Shown here: positions 27,425 to 35,981 of the stretch, piece by piece
Layout of the letters: the number at the start of each line of letters is the position of its first letter
Numbering within the stretch: the first letter of the stretch is position 1
Assembly: GCA_019115985.1 (NCBI GenBank)
Contig: DXCN01000020.1
Location: 2,605 to 66,604, forward strand
Direction: 5' to 3'
Length of the DNA stretch: 64,000 nucleotides
Source: Candidatus Rothia avicola
GTDB lineage: Bacteria; Actinomycetota; Actinomycetes; Actinomycetales; Micrococcaceae
Translations under genes and position numbers: made by a program
The notes under the pieces: model-generated
What the model saw: only the letters and a program-made list of their open reading frames with translations
Told to the model about the DNA's origin: nothing
Databases searched by the model: none

Positions 27425-28376
27425 CTGGTGGCTGAACTGGCTACTGCGCGCTCGCACCCAGCTGGTGGAGCACCGATCCCTGCTCAACCGCATTAACGTC
27501 TTTCCCGTGGCCGACGCCGACACCGGGGCCAACATGGTCGCCACCCTCGGGCGGGCCGCCGACACCGCCGGCATGGCGGACGATCCCACCCTTGCCATCG
27601 CCGCCCGGGCAGCCCTGCGCGGGGCCAGGGGAAACTCTGGAACCCTGCTAGCTGTCTGGTTCCTAGGCCTGGCTGAGGAACTGGGGGAGGCCGGGCAGCT
27701 GCCGCCTTCTACCATCCAGCCCCTGATCCCGCAGGCGCTCGCCGCTGCCTGGGAACGCGGGGCTCAGCAGGCGTCGGCCGCTCTGAGCCAGCCCGCCGAC
27801 GGCACCATGCTCACCCTCATGCAGGCTCTTGCCGCCTGCCCGCTGCCAGATCCTACCGATGAAGAGGACCCCTGGCAGGTCTACCTCACGAAGCTGCTAA
27901 CCGTCTCAGAAACTGCCCTGCGAGCTACCGCCGAAGCAGACCACGCCCGTAACGGCTGGGTTGATTCCGGGGCCCTGGGCCTGCACCTGGTCTTAGTGGC
28001 CCTGGCAACAGAGCTGCTGGGAGCCGTCCCGCAGGCTACCTACCGCGACCTGCTCCAGGTGGGGGCGGCGTCCTTACCGCCCCGGAGTACGCGGCAGCGC
28101 TCGGCGGCAGAAGCCCGTATCGAGGTTATGTGCGAGATTTATCTGCCCGTGCTCGAAGTAACCCAGCTGCGCAGCGCCCTTGAGACGGTCGGGGACTCGG
28201 TCTCCATCGCCCAGGTCGAAGCAGGGAACGAGGCCCTGTGGGCCATCCACGTGCACGTCCCCGAGGCCGAGGACGCCCTGGCCCTCCTTCGCGCTGCGGG
28301 CAATCCCCTCAACGTGCGAACCAGCTCCCTGGACGACCCCGCCCACCAAAGTCGCCATAAGGAGCCCACCCCCTAA
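27405..28376 (+). CDS. DAK2 (DhaL-like) domain protein, short form
   Basis: LNRINVFPVADADTGANM and RGARGNSGTLLA motifs. Conserved neighbour upstream of recG. Only 323 aa, whereas homologues such as B. subtilis YloV are about 550 aa. TTG start overlaps the thiL end; start uncertain. Confidence 0.75.
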   Translation: MRQVPADWWLNWLLRARTQLVEHRSLLNRINVFPVADADTGANMVATLGRAADTAGMADDPTLAIAARAALRGARGNSGTLLAVWFLGLAEELGEAGQLPPSTIQPLIPQALAAAWERGAQQASAALSQPADGTMLTLMQALAACPLPDPTDEEDPWQVYLTKLLTVSETALRATAEADHARNGWVDSGALGLHLVLVALATELLGAVPQATYRDLLQVGAASLPPRSTRQRSAAEARIEVMCEIYLPVLEVTQLRSALETVGDSVSIAQVEAGNEALWAIHVHVPEAEDALALLRAAGNPLNVRTSSLDDPAHQSRHKEPTP

Positions 28377-30940
28377 TGGCAGCCCGTAAACGCAAGACCC
28401 CGGAATTGAGCGAGCAGGCAAAGGACGCCCTGGCCCGCTACGCCGCAGAAGACCGCCTCGATAACGCCCCCCTGGCCGACTACCTGGGAGCAACCCTGGC
28501 CAAGTCCTTCAAGACCCATCTGGGGCTAGAAACCGTGGGGCAGGCCCTGGACTACTACCCCCGCAAGTACCTGCCGCGCGGGGAACTCACCCCCTTCTCC
28601 TCCCTGGTTGAAGGTACCGAAGCTACCATCGTTGCCAGGGTGGTGCGGGTAACGACCCGCCAGATGGCATCGCGCCGCGGATCCATCACAGAAATCACCA
28701 TCACCGACCATCTGGATCAGATGGGCCAGCCCGAGCCCACCTGGCAGCCTCCCAACCCCAACGCCTACCGGGGAGCGGCCCCACCGGCGTCCTACACCCG
28801 GGGCTACACCAACCCCCGCCTGCACGGTAGCGCAGGGGGCTCCACCGGCACCCAGCTACCGGGCACCCAGCCCAACTACCAACTGGGAGACATCTTTGGC
28901 GGCTACGCCCCCGAATCCTACTCGCTGACAGCCAGCGGCACCATGACCCTGAGCTTCTTCAACGCCTGGACAGCAGCCCGCGACATTCACGAGGGCGACC
29001 AGGTTATGTTCTCGGGCAAGGTGGGCTCCTACCGGGGCGAAATTACCCTGACCAACCCCCACTACGCCGTCATTGCCGGAAAAGAACTGGCCGCTACCCC
29101 CGGTGCCAGCGCCGAAGCGATTGAGCGGGCTGCCGCGCGGGCGTCCGCCCCCATACCGGTCTATAAGGCCAGCCCCAAGTTTCCCACTGATAAGGTGGCC
29201 GCAGCCATCGAGACCCTGATTGAGCGCATCAACCTCAAGGAGCTCGAAGACCCCGTCCCCTTTACCGTGCGTAAGAGCCGCAAGATTCCCTCCCTGGAGT
29301 GGACCTACCGGGCCGTGCACACTCCCGATACCGAAGAAACCTGGCGGGCAGCCCACCACTCCCTGCGCTACCGCGAGGCCTTCGTGCTGCAGGCCGCTCT
29401 TGCCCGTATCCGTGCAGCCCGAGCCGCCCACCAGACGGTTGCCCGCCCCTATGTAGAGGGCGGTTCCGCGGACGCCCTGCTAGAAGCCCTGCCCTATCAG
29501 CTGACCGAGGGCCAGCAGGCAGTGGGCGCAGAAATCCGCTCTGACCTGGCCAGCTCTTCCCCCATGAACCGCCTGCTCCAGGGGGACGTGGGCTCGGGCA
29601 AAACCGTGGTGGCCCTGCGCGCCATGCTGCAGGTGGCAGATAACGGTGCCCAGTCGGCTATGCTGGCTCCCACCGAGGTGCTGGCTGAACAGCACTATCG
29701 GTCGGTGTGCGAGATTCTGGGTGACATGCTGGCCCCGCAAGACAGTTCCGGGAGCGCCGGGGTGGGCGTCCGCGTCGTTCTGCTCACCGCCTCCCTCAAA
29801 ACCAAGGCCAAACGGGAAGCCCTGCTGGCTATCGCCTCGGGTGAGGCAGACATCGTCATTGGCACCCACGCCCTGCTCGGGGATTCCGTGACCTTCGCCG
29901 ACCTTGGGCTGGTCGTGGTCGATGAGCAGCACCGCTTTGGCGTTGAACAGCGCGATGCCCTGCGCGGGCCCGGCGGGGAACTGCCCCACCGATTGGTCAT
30001 GACCGCCACCCCCATACCCCGTACCGTCGCTATGACCGTCTTTGGCGATCTCGACACCTCGGTGCTTGATCAGCTACCTGCCGGCCGCCAAAAAATTACC
30101 ACCCACGTGGTGCCGCTGGCAGAGCACCCCCGCTGGGCTGACCGCATCTGGGCCCGCGCCCGCGAGGAAATCGACGCCGGGCACCAGGTCTATGTGGTGG
30201 TGCCCAAAATCGGCGGGGCCGATGCCTCCGGCGATGCCGAGGCGGGCCAGACCCTCTTCGGGGCGGGCGGGCTCACCGGTAAGGGGCTGGGCTCCCAGGC
30301 TGCGACGGGGGAGAGTGCCCGCGGTTCGCTGGCTTCGGTCGAGAGTACCCTGGAGGAGCTCAAGGACGTTCCCGCCCTGGCCGGGGTGCGCATCGAGGGG
30401 CTACATGGGCGCATGGATGCCGCTGAGAAGAACCGGGTCATGACCGAATTCTCCGCCGGTCGCGTTGACCTGCTGGTGTCTACCACCGTGATTGAGGTAG
30501 GCGTCAACGTACCTAACGCAACCCTCATGATCATTATGGACGCCGACCGCTTCGGTATTTCTGGCCTCCATCAGCTGCGCGGACGCATTGGCCGCGGCTC
30601 CCTGCCCGGTACCTGCCTGCTGGTCACCAAGCAGCCGGCGGACGGCGTCAGCCGGGAGCGACTGGCAGCGGTAGCAGCCACCACCGACGGCTTCGAGCTT
30701 TCACGGGTTGACCTGGAACAGCGGCGTGAAGGCGATATTCTCGGCGCTGCCCAGTCTGGTAAGAAGTCCACCCTCAAGCTGCTGCGTGCCCTGACCGATG
30801 CCAAGCTTATTGAGCGGGCCCGGCAGGATGCCTTCGGAATTATTGAGGCTGACCCCACCCTGGCCAAACACCCCGACCTGGCCCGCACCATTGACCGGGC
30901 CCTTGACGCTGACCGCGAGGCCTTCCTGGGGCGCGGTTAG
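28376..30940 (+). CDS. recG: ATP-dependent DNA helicase RecG
   Basis: Helicase motifs GDVGSGKT, DEQHRFG, MTATPIPRT, QLRGRIGRG. ATG overlaps the upstream stop (TAATG). Carries a low-complexity insertion in the N-terminal wedge region. Confidence 0.92.
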   Translation: MAARKRKTPELSEQAKDALARYAAEDRLDNAPLADYLGATLAKSFKTHLGLETVGQALDYYPRKYLPRGELTPFSSLVEGTEATIVARVVRVTTRQMASRRGSITEITITDHLDQMGQPEPTWQPPNPNAYRGAAPPASYTRGYTNPRLHGSAGGSTGTQLPGTQPNYQLGDIFGGYAPESYSLTASGTMTLSFFNAWTAARDIHEGDQVMFSGKVGSYRGEITLTNPHYAVIAGKELAATPGASAEAIERAAARASAPIPVYKASPKFPTDKVAAAIETLIERINLKELEDPVPFTVRKSRKIPSLEWTYRAVHTPDTEETWRAAHHSLRYREAFVLQAALARIRAARAAHQTVARPYVEGGSADALLEALPYQLTEGQQAVGAEIRSDLASSSPMNRLLQGDVGSGKTVVALRAMLQVADNGAQSAMLAPTEVLAEQHYRSVCEILGDMLAPQDSSGSAGVGVRVVLLTASLKTKAKREALLAIASGEADIVIGTHALLGDSVTFADLGLVVVDEQHRFGVEQRDALRGPGGELPHRLVMTATPIPRTVAMTVFGDLDTSVLDQLPAGRQKITTHVVPLAEHPRWADRIWARAREEIDAGHQVYVVVPKIGGADASGDAEAGQTLFGAGGLTGKGLGSQAATGESARGSLASVESTLEELKDVPALAGVRIEGLHGRMDAAEKNRVMTEFSAGRVDLLVSTTVIEVGVNVPNATLMIIMDADRFGISGLHQLRGRIGRGSLPGTCLLVTKQPADGVSRERLAAVAATTDGFELSRVDLEQRREGDILGAAQSGKKSTLKLLRALTDAKLIERARQDAFGIIEADPTLAKHPDLARTIDRALDADREAFLGRG

Positions 30941-30962
30941 GCTCGGACAAGGCCGTAGACCC

Positions 30963-31018
30963 CCGCATTTATTCTGGTTTATCCGCAACTAGTTGCGGAT
31001 AAACCAGAATAAATGCGG
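30963..31018. repeat. Perfect 56-bp palindrome (28-bp arms, no spacer)
   Basis: ccgcatttattctggtttatccgcaact (30963-30990) is followed immediately by its exact reverse complement (30991-31018). Lies 22 nt after the recG stop. AT-rich relative to the surroundings. No T-run follows. Confidence 0.95.
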
Positions 31019-31147
31019 TCAACTCAAGGACTCGGTCGGTCCTCCGTCACCAGTCACCTAAACCTAGCTCTCTCTTTGTTCTCACCAGCCCTACCGGTAC
31101 CCTTATAACAGTCCCACCCTCTACCACTACGAGCGGAGTGCAGCCGA

Positions 31148-31708
31148 ATGAGCCGCATCATTGCAGGAGCCGCAGGCGGCCTGCGCCTAGCTAACGTCCC
31201 CGGTGATAACACCCGCCCCACCACTGACCGGGTCAAAGAAGCCCTTTTTTCCCGCCTGGATACCTACAACATGCTGGACGGCGTGTACGCCCTCGACCTT
31301 TTCGGCGGATCGGGTGCCCTGGGCTGCGAGGCCCTCTCGCGCGGGGCCGCCCACGTGGACTTCGTGGACCACTACCCAAAGGCCGTTACCGTCATCGAAA
31401 AAAACATCGCCGCTGTGGGCAAGACCGCCGGGGGGACGGCCCGCGTGCATAAGATGACGGCTCGCACCTACCTTTCGGCGGGGGCCTCCGCCTGGGACCT
31501 GGTCTTTATTGACCCGCCCTACGCCGTGACCAACAGCGAACTCGAAGAGCTGTTGGCCCTGCTGGCACCCCGCCTGACCGAGGGGGCAGTGGTGGTGGTT
31601 GAACGGGCCTCCCGCACCGACGAGCCGGCCTGGCCCGAAGGCCTTGAAAAGTTTGCCGAGAAAAAATACGGTGAGACCGTGCTCTACTATGTGGAGCCCG
31701 CAGCCTAG
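31148..31708 (+). CDS. rsmD: 16S rRNA (guanine966-N2)-methyltransferase
   Basis: RIIAG..G..L..P.....RPTTDRVKEALF N-terminus, DLFGGSGALGCEALSRGA SAM motif, and DPPY motif. Confidence 0.88.
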   Translation: MSRIIAGAAGGLRLANVPGDNTRPTTDRVKEALFSRLDTYNMLDGVYALDLFGGSGALGCEALSRGAAHVDFVDHYPKAVTVIEKNIAAVGKTAGGTARVHKMTARTYLSAGASAWDLVFIDPPYAVTNSELEELLALLAPRLTEGAVVVVERASRTDEPAWPEGLEKFAEKKYGETVLYYVEPAA

Positions 31709-31721
31709 TTAGGGTGGAACT

Positions 31722-32339
31722 ATGAGTGAGAACACAAACGACCCCGGTCATCAGCCCCAGCCGACCCCAGAAATGAGCCAGGGAGCGTCCGCGCCCCTGC
31801 TGACCGAAAACACCCTGGTGGTGCAGCAAACCCGCAGCTTCATGAGCAATGACTTTGAGATGCAGAGTCAGGACGGTCGCGTGCTCGGCCGGGTGCTCAC
31901 CACCGGCTCAACCGCAGGCCGCCTGCTCAAGGGCAACCGCACCTTTGACCTGGTCGACGGTAACGGGAACCTTCTTCTCAAGATTGTTGACCCCCTTGAC
32001 TTTGGCCTGGACCGCTACGAACTGCTGAACCCCGATGGTTCCCTCTTCGCCCACGTGCACAAGCAGTTCTCGCTCATGCGCAAGCGCCTCACCATCGAGC
32101 TGCAGGGCCTCACCCTGGAACTCGAAGGTAGCCTCTTCGAATACGACTTCAACATCACGGTTAATGGCCATATAGCTGCCCGCGTTGCCCGTGAATGGGG
32201 TGGCCTGGTGGCAGGGCTGCGCGGTAAGAGCCGCTACGGGGTGAACTTCGACCCCGGCGCTCCCGAACCCGTGCGTCTTGCTATGCTGGGCGGCCTGGTT
32301 GCCCTTGACCTGATCCGGGCAAAGGACGTTCTCAACTAG
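31722..32339 (+). CDS. Phospholipid-scramblase-like / LURP-one-related (tubby-fold) protein
   Basis: 205-aa ORF. Repeated beta-hairpin pattern (F.L.D..G..LL.I) and C-terminal REWGGL....YGVNFDP.....LAMLGGLVALDLI, resembling bacterial scramblase-family proteins. Family call made from memory of the pattern, not from an HMM. Confidence 0.5.
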   Translation: MSENTNDPGHQPQPTPEMSQGASAPLLTENTLVVQQTRSFMSNDFEMQSQDGRVLGRVLTTGSTAGRLLKGNRTFDLVDGNGNLLLKIVDPLDFGLDRYELLNPDGSLFAHVHKQFSLMRKRLTIELQGLTLELEGSLFEYDFNITVNGHIAARVAREWGGLVAGLRGKSRYGVNFDPGAPEPVRLAMLGGLVALDLIRAKDVLN

Positions 32340-32344
32340 GGCTC

Positions 32345-33562
32345 TTAGCCGCTATAGGCGCGCAGGCGGGTGGCGGCGTCCTGTAGTACTTCCGGGCGCT
32401 TGCAGAAGGCAAAACGCACGTAGGTCTGCACCCGCTGCCGGTAGGCCTCGGTCGTAAAGGCGGTCAGAGGAATCAGTGCGACCCCTGCCTGCTCGGGAAG
32501 CTGGTGGCAGAGCTCTTCTGCTGAGGTCAGGCCCCGCTCCGTCAGGACCTGCGACACATCAGCTACCGCGAAGAAGGTACCAGCCGGAGGAGTTACCTCC
32601 CACGGTGATCCCGCTAGGTTTTCCACCAAAATGCGCCGCTGCTGGGCGTAGCTGGTCTGCACCCCGGTATAGAAGTTATCCCCCAGGCCCACGCCAACAG
32701 CCGCAGCTGCCTGCAGGGGAGCGGCCGCAGAGTGCGTGAAATAGCCCTTGACCAGGCGAATGGGGAGTATAAGGTTTTCTGGGCCGGTCATCCACCCCAC
32801 CCGCCAGCCGGTGGCCGAGTGGGTCTTCGAAATTGCTGAAACCGCCACCGTGCGTTCTGCCGCTCCCGGCAGGGTCTGAATGGGCTGGTAGGGGCCGGTG
32901 AAGACCAGGTGCTCGTAGACCTGGTCAGCCAGAATCACAGCATCGTACCTGGTCGCCAGCTCCACGATTTTAGTCTTTGCTTCGGTTGAAAAGACCATAC
33001 CTGTGGGGTTGTGTGGATCATTGACCACCACCAGGGCTGTGCGGTCAGAAAAAGCTGCTTCGAGGGCCTCCAGGTCTGGTTCAAAGGTGGGTGGCACGAG
33101 CGGAACGGTACGGACGCGCGCCCCGGCCAGGGCGGCAGCGGCAGGGTAGAGGTCGTAGTAGGGTTCGAAGAGAACAACCTCGTCCCCCGGTTCTACCAGG
33201 GCCGCAATGGTAGCTGCCAGGGCTTCAGAGGCACCGGCGGTTACGGTGACCTGAGTATCGGGGTTGAGGGTGAGCCCGTAGAAACGCTGCTGGTGCTCGG
33301 CAATGGCCTGCCGCAGGGCGGGGTTGCCCGCAATGGTGGCGTACTGGTTGACCCCGCTAGCCAGGGCGTCAGCTGCTGCCCGGAGCATCTCTGCGGGGCC
33401 GTCCGTATCTGGAAAGCCCTGCCCCAGGTTCAGGGCACCGTATCGGTGGGCAAGGGCCGACATCTCTTCGAAGATGGTAGAGCGCCAGTGGCCGTCCGCC
33501 CCCATCAGCCCGGCTGCTAGCCCAACTCGCTCAAAGGCCCGTTGCTTCTTCTCAGTGGCCAT
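32345..33562 (-). CDS. PLP-dependent aminotransferase, class I/II
   Basis: 405-aa ORF. NLGQGFPD N-terminal motif, NPHNPTG, and PLP-lysine motif SAISKTHSATGWRVGW. Confidence 0.85.
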   Translation of the reverse strand: MATEKKQRAFERVGLAAGLMGADGHWRSTIFEEMSALAHRYGALNLGQGFPDTDGPAEMLRAAADALASGVNQYATIAGNPALRQAIAEHQQRFYGLTLNPDTQVTVTAGASEALAATIAALVEPGDEVVLFEPYYDLYPAAAALAGARVRTVPLVPPTFEPDLEALEAAFSDRTALVVVNDPHNPTGMVFSTEAKTKIVELATRYDAVILADQVYEHLVFTGPYQPIQTLPGAAERTVAVSAISKTHSATGWRVGWMTGPENLILPIRLVKGYFTHSAAAPLQAAAAVGVGLGDNFYTGVQTSYAQQRRILVENLAGSPWEVTPPAGTFFAVADVSQVLTERGLTSAEELCHQLPEQAGVALIPLTAFTTEAYRQRVQTYVRFAFCKRPEVLQDAATRLRAYSG

Positions 33563-33716
33563 TTAGCGCCCACCCCGCTTTCGTCTAGCCCACCGCCGTA
33601 GGTGCAGGGCGGGCGTCCGTATTTTTATCTGGACCTAAGATTACCGGCCTACCCCTGTTGCCCAAGAGAGCATGACATAGTGTGTCATACCTAACCAGCT
33701 GCTGTAGCCTAGAGAC

Positions 33717-34193
33717 ATGCAATTGGTTGTCTGCCCCGGATCCTTTGACCCCATCCACAACGGTCACGTCGAAATCATCACCCGTGCCGCAAAAATCTAC
33801 GGTAACGTCATCGTCGCGGTCTCTCACAACTCCAAGAAAAAGTACCGCTTCACCCTCGAAGAGCGCGTCGCCATGGTTGAGGAAACCTTCGCTCTCTTCG
33901 ACGGGGTAAGCGCCAAGGTCCTGCCCGAGGGGGAGCTGCTGGCTAACTTCGTGCGCGACCAGGGGTCCGTGCTCATCGTGAAGGGGCTGCGCAACACCGC
34001 CGACTATGAATATGAGGCTCCCATGGCCTCGATGAACCGGCACATCGCCGGGGTTGAAACCAGCTTTATCGCCGGGGACCCCAAGTACAACCACATCTCA
34101 TCGACCATCGTGAAAGAGGTCGCAGGCTTCGGCGGGGACGTGCGAGCTTTCGTCCCGCGCGCGGTGCAGCGAGCTCTCTATCCCGAGCATTAA
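33717..34193 (+). CDS. coaD: Phosphopantetheine adenylyltransferase
   Basis: VCPGSFDPIHNGHVEII (HxGH) N-terminus, ISSTIVKE motif, 158 aa. Confidence 0.92.
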   Translation: MQLVVCPGSFDPIHNGHVEIITRAAKIYGNVIVAVSHNSKKKYRFTLEERVAMVEETFALFDGVSAKVLPEGELLANFVRDQGSVLIVKGLRNTADYEYEAPMASMNRHIAGVETSFIAGDPKYNHISSTIVKEVAGFGGDVRAFVPRAVQRALYPEH

Positions 34194-34296
34194 TGTGGTC
34201 AGCCAAACAAGAGGTTAAACCTAGAGCGCTTGATTCGGCCGGTCTTAAGCCCCTAAAATAGGTACTTGGTTTAAAACATTCGATAGGGAGTTCGTC

Positions 34297-34845
34297 ATTT
34301 CACGAAAAGATTCATCGCCCCTTAAGATCTCGGTTCGAGATCTAGCTCATCGCCCGGGCGCAATGGAGACCCTTGATGAAGTTCTACCAGCGCCAAGCGA
34401 CTTTGGCAACGCTCTGATTGAGGCGGAAGAAGGCAGCGACATTGACCTCAATGTTCGCCTGGAATCTGTTTCAGATGGTATCTTGGTAACTGGTACTGCA
34501 ACTGTCACCGTTTCCGGTGAATGCAGCCTCTGCCTAGACCCGGTTGACTTTGATGTTACAGCCGATGTTCAAGAGCTTTTTGTCTTCGAGAAGGCCCCCG
34601 AAAGCGGCCCCGAAGATGAAGTAGATGAGCAGTACGCCGTAGAGAACGATGAAATTGATCTCGAACCGGCGCTGCGGGACGCAGTGATTCTTCAACTGCC
34701 GTTCCAACCTGTTTGCAGTGACTCCTGCCAGGGCCTGTGCTCCGAATGTGGCGCACGCCTAGAGGACGACCCTGAGCACCACCATGAGGTCATCGACCCC
34801 CGGTGGAACGCGCTATCAGCGTTGCTCGATGCGAACGACAAATAA
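34297..34845 (+). CDS. YceD/DUF177 family protein (start codon unresolved)
   Basis: C-terminal CxxxCxGLCxxCG motif (CSDSCQGLCSECG). Conserved position before rpmF. First ATG is at 34363, but in-frame upstream codons encode SSPLKISVRDLAHRPGAME, which looks like the family N-terminus. That stretch has no ATG, GTG, TTG or CTG. ATT at 34297 follows an AGGGAG SD. Confidence 0.7.
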   Translation: MSRKDSSPLKISVRDLAHRPGAMETLDEVLPAPSDFGNALIEAEEGSDIDLNVRLESVSDGILVTGTATVTVSGECSLCLDPVDFDVTADVQELFVFEKAPESGPEDEVDEQYAVENDEIDLEPALRDAVILQLPFQPVCSDSCQGLCSECGARLEDDPEHHHEVIDPRWNALSALLDANDK

Positions 34846-34878
34846 AACTTATAAAGCAACAAGAGAAAAGAGATAGCT

Positions 34879-35082
34879 GTGGCTGTTCCCAAGCGGAAAA
34901 TGTCCCGTGCTAACACCCGCGCCCGCCGTTCCCAGTGGAAGGCTTCCGTTCCTCAGCTGGTCAAGACCGTAGAAAACGGTCGCGTCACCTACTCCCTGCC
35001 CCACCAGGCAAAGCTCGTGACTGACTCAGCAGGCAACGAACTCTTCTACGAGTACAAGGGCCGCAAGGTAGCTGACGCCTAA
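34879..35082 (+). CDS. rpmF: 50S ribosomal protein L32
   Basis: GTG start. [22 protein letters not shown] is the canonical L32 N-terminus. Confidence 0.92.
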   Translation: MAVPKRKMSRANTRARRSQWKASVPQLVKTVENGRVTYSLPHQAKLVTDSAGNELFYEYKGRKVADA

Positions 35083-35092
35083 TTCGCGCCTT

Positions 35093-35776
35093 ATGACTAA
35101 CTCTGCATCACAAGAGTTTCTGAAACGTCTCGGTATCAACCTCGATACCGAGACGTTTCAGCTTGCAATGACTCACCGCTCCTACTCCTTTGAAAACGGC
35201 GGTATACCCCACAACGAGCGCCTAGAATTCCTGGGCGACTCTGTGCTGTCCCTGGCCGTCGCCTCAGAGCTCTACAAGAAGTTCCCTGACCTGCCCGAGG
35301 GTGAGCTGGTCAAGCGCCACCACGTGATTGTTTCTACCCGAACCCTGGCCAACCTGGCTCGCAGCCTCAAGCTGGGGCCCTGCGTCCGCCTGGGTAAGGG
35401 GGAGAAGAAAACCGGTGGTGCCGATAAGGACTCCATCCTGGCTGACACCATGGAGGCCGTCTTCGGTGCCGTGTATATGAAGCACGGCCCTGAGGCCGCC
35501 CACCAGCTTGTGCTGGCCCACACCTCCCATCTGCTGGATGACAACAAGACCCTGAACATCGGGCGCGACTGGAAGACCGAAATCCAGGAATACGCTGCCG
35601 CCCAGGGCACCGGCGAGCCCGTCTACGAGGTTGAGGGCACCGGCCCCGACCATGCCCGCCGCTACACCGCCAAGATCCTTTTGGCCGGTAAGGTCATGGG
35701 GCAGGGCAAGGGCACCAGCAAGAAGGAAGCTGAGCGCATGGCAGCTGAACAGGCCTACTACAGGGTCTACGGCTAG
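35093..35776 (+). CDS. rnc: Ribonuclease III
   Basis: ERLEFLGDSVL signature plus a C-terminal dsRBD (GKGTSKKEAERMAAEQA). Confidence 0.92.
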   Translation: MTNSASQEFLKRLGINLDTETFQLAMTHRSYSFENGGIPHNERLEFLGDSVLSLAVASELYKKFPDLPEGELVKRHHVIVSTRTLANLARSLKLGPCVRLGKGEKKTGGADKDSILADTMEAVFGAVYMKHGPEAAHQLVLAHTSHLLDDNKTLNIGRDWKTEIQEYAAAQGTGEPVYEVEGTGPDHARRYTAKILLAGKVMGQGKGTSKKEAERMAAEQAYYRVYG

Positions 35777-35981
35777 GGCAGGCCAATTTCGTCGTCCCTG
35801 TTGGGGGTGTCGACAAAAGTCTCTCCTTATACAGAAGGGTCGGTTCTACCCCTGCCGCCCGCCATATATCAGTAGGCTGGTTGCAGGTGAGAATGCACAG
35901 GCTCTATTCTGCACCTGATACGTTCACGATGTGGGCACCAGGCGGTGCATATTTTTTCATTTTTGGAAAGGCGGAGTGAAT

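Noticed and set aside
33672-33688. ATGACA-N5-TGTCAT inverted repeat in the aminotransferase/coaD divergent spacer
   Set aside because: The arms are only 6 bp and are expected by chance at this scale. There is no supporting second site.
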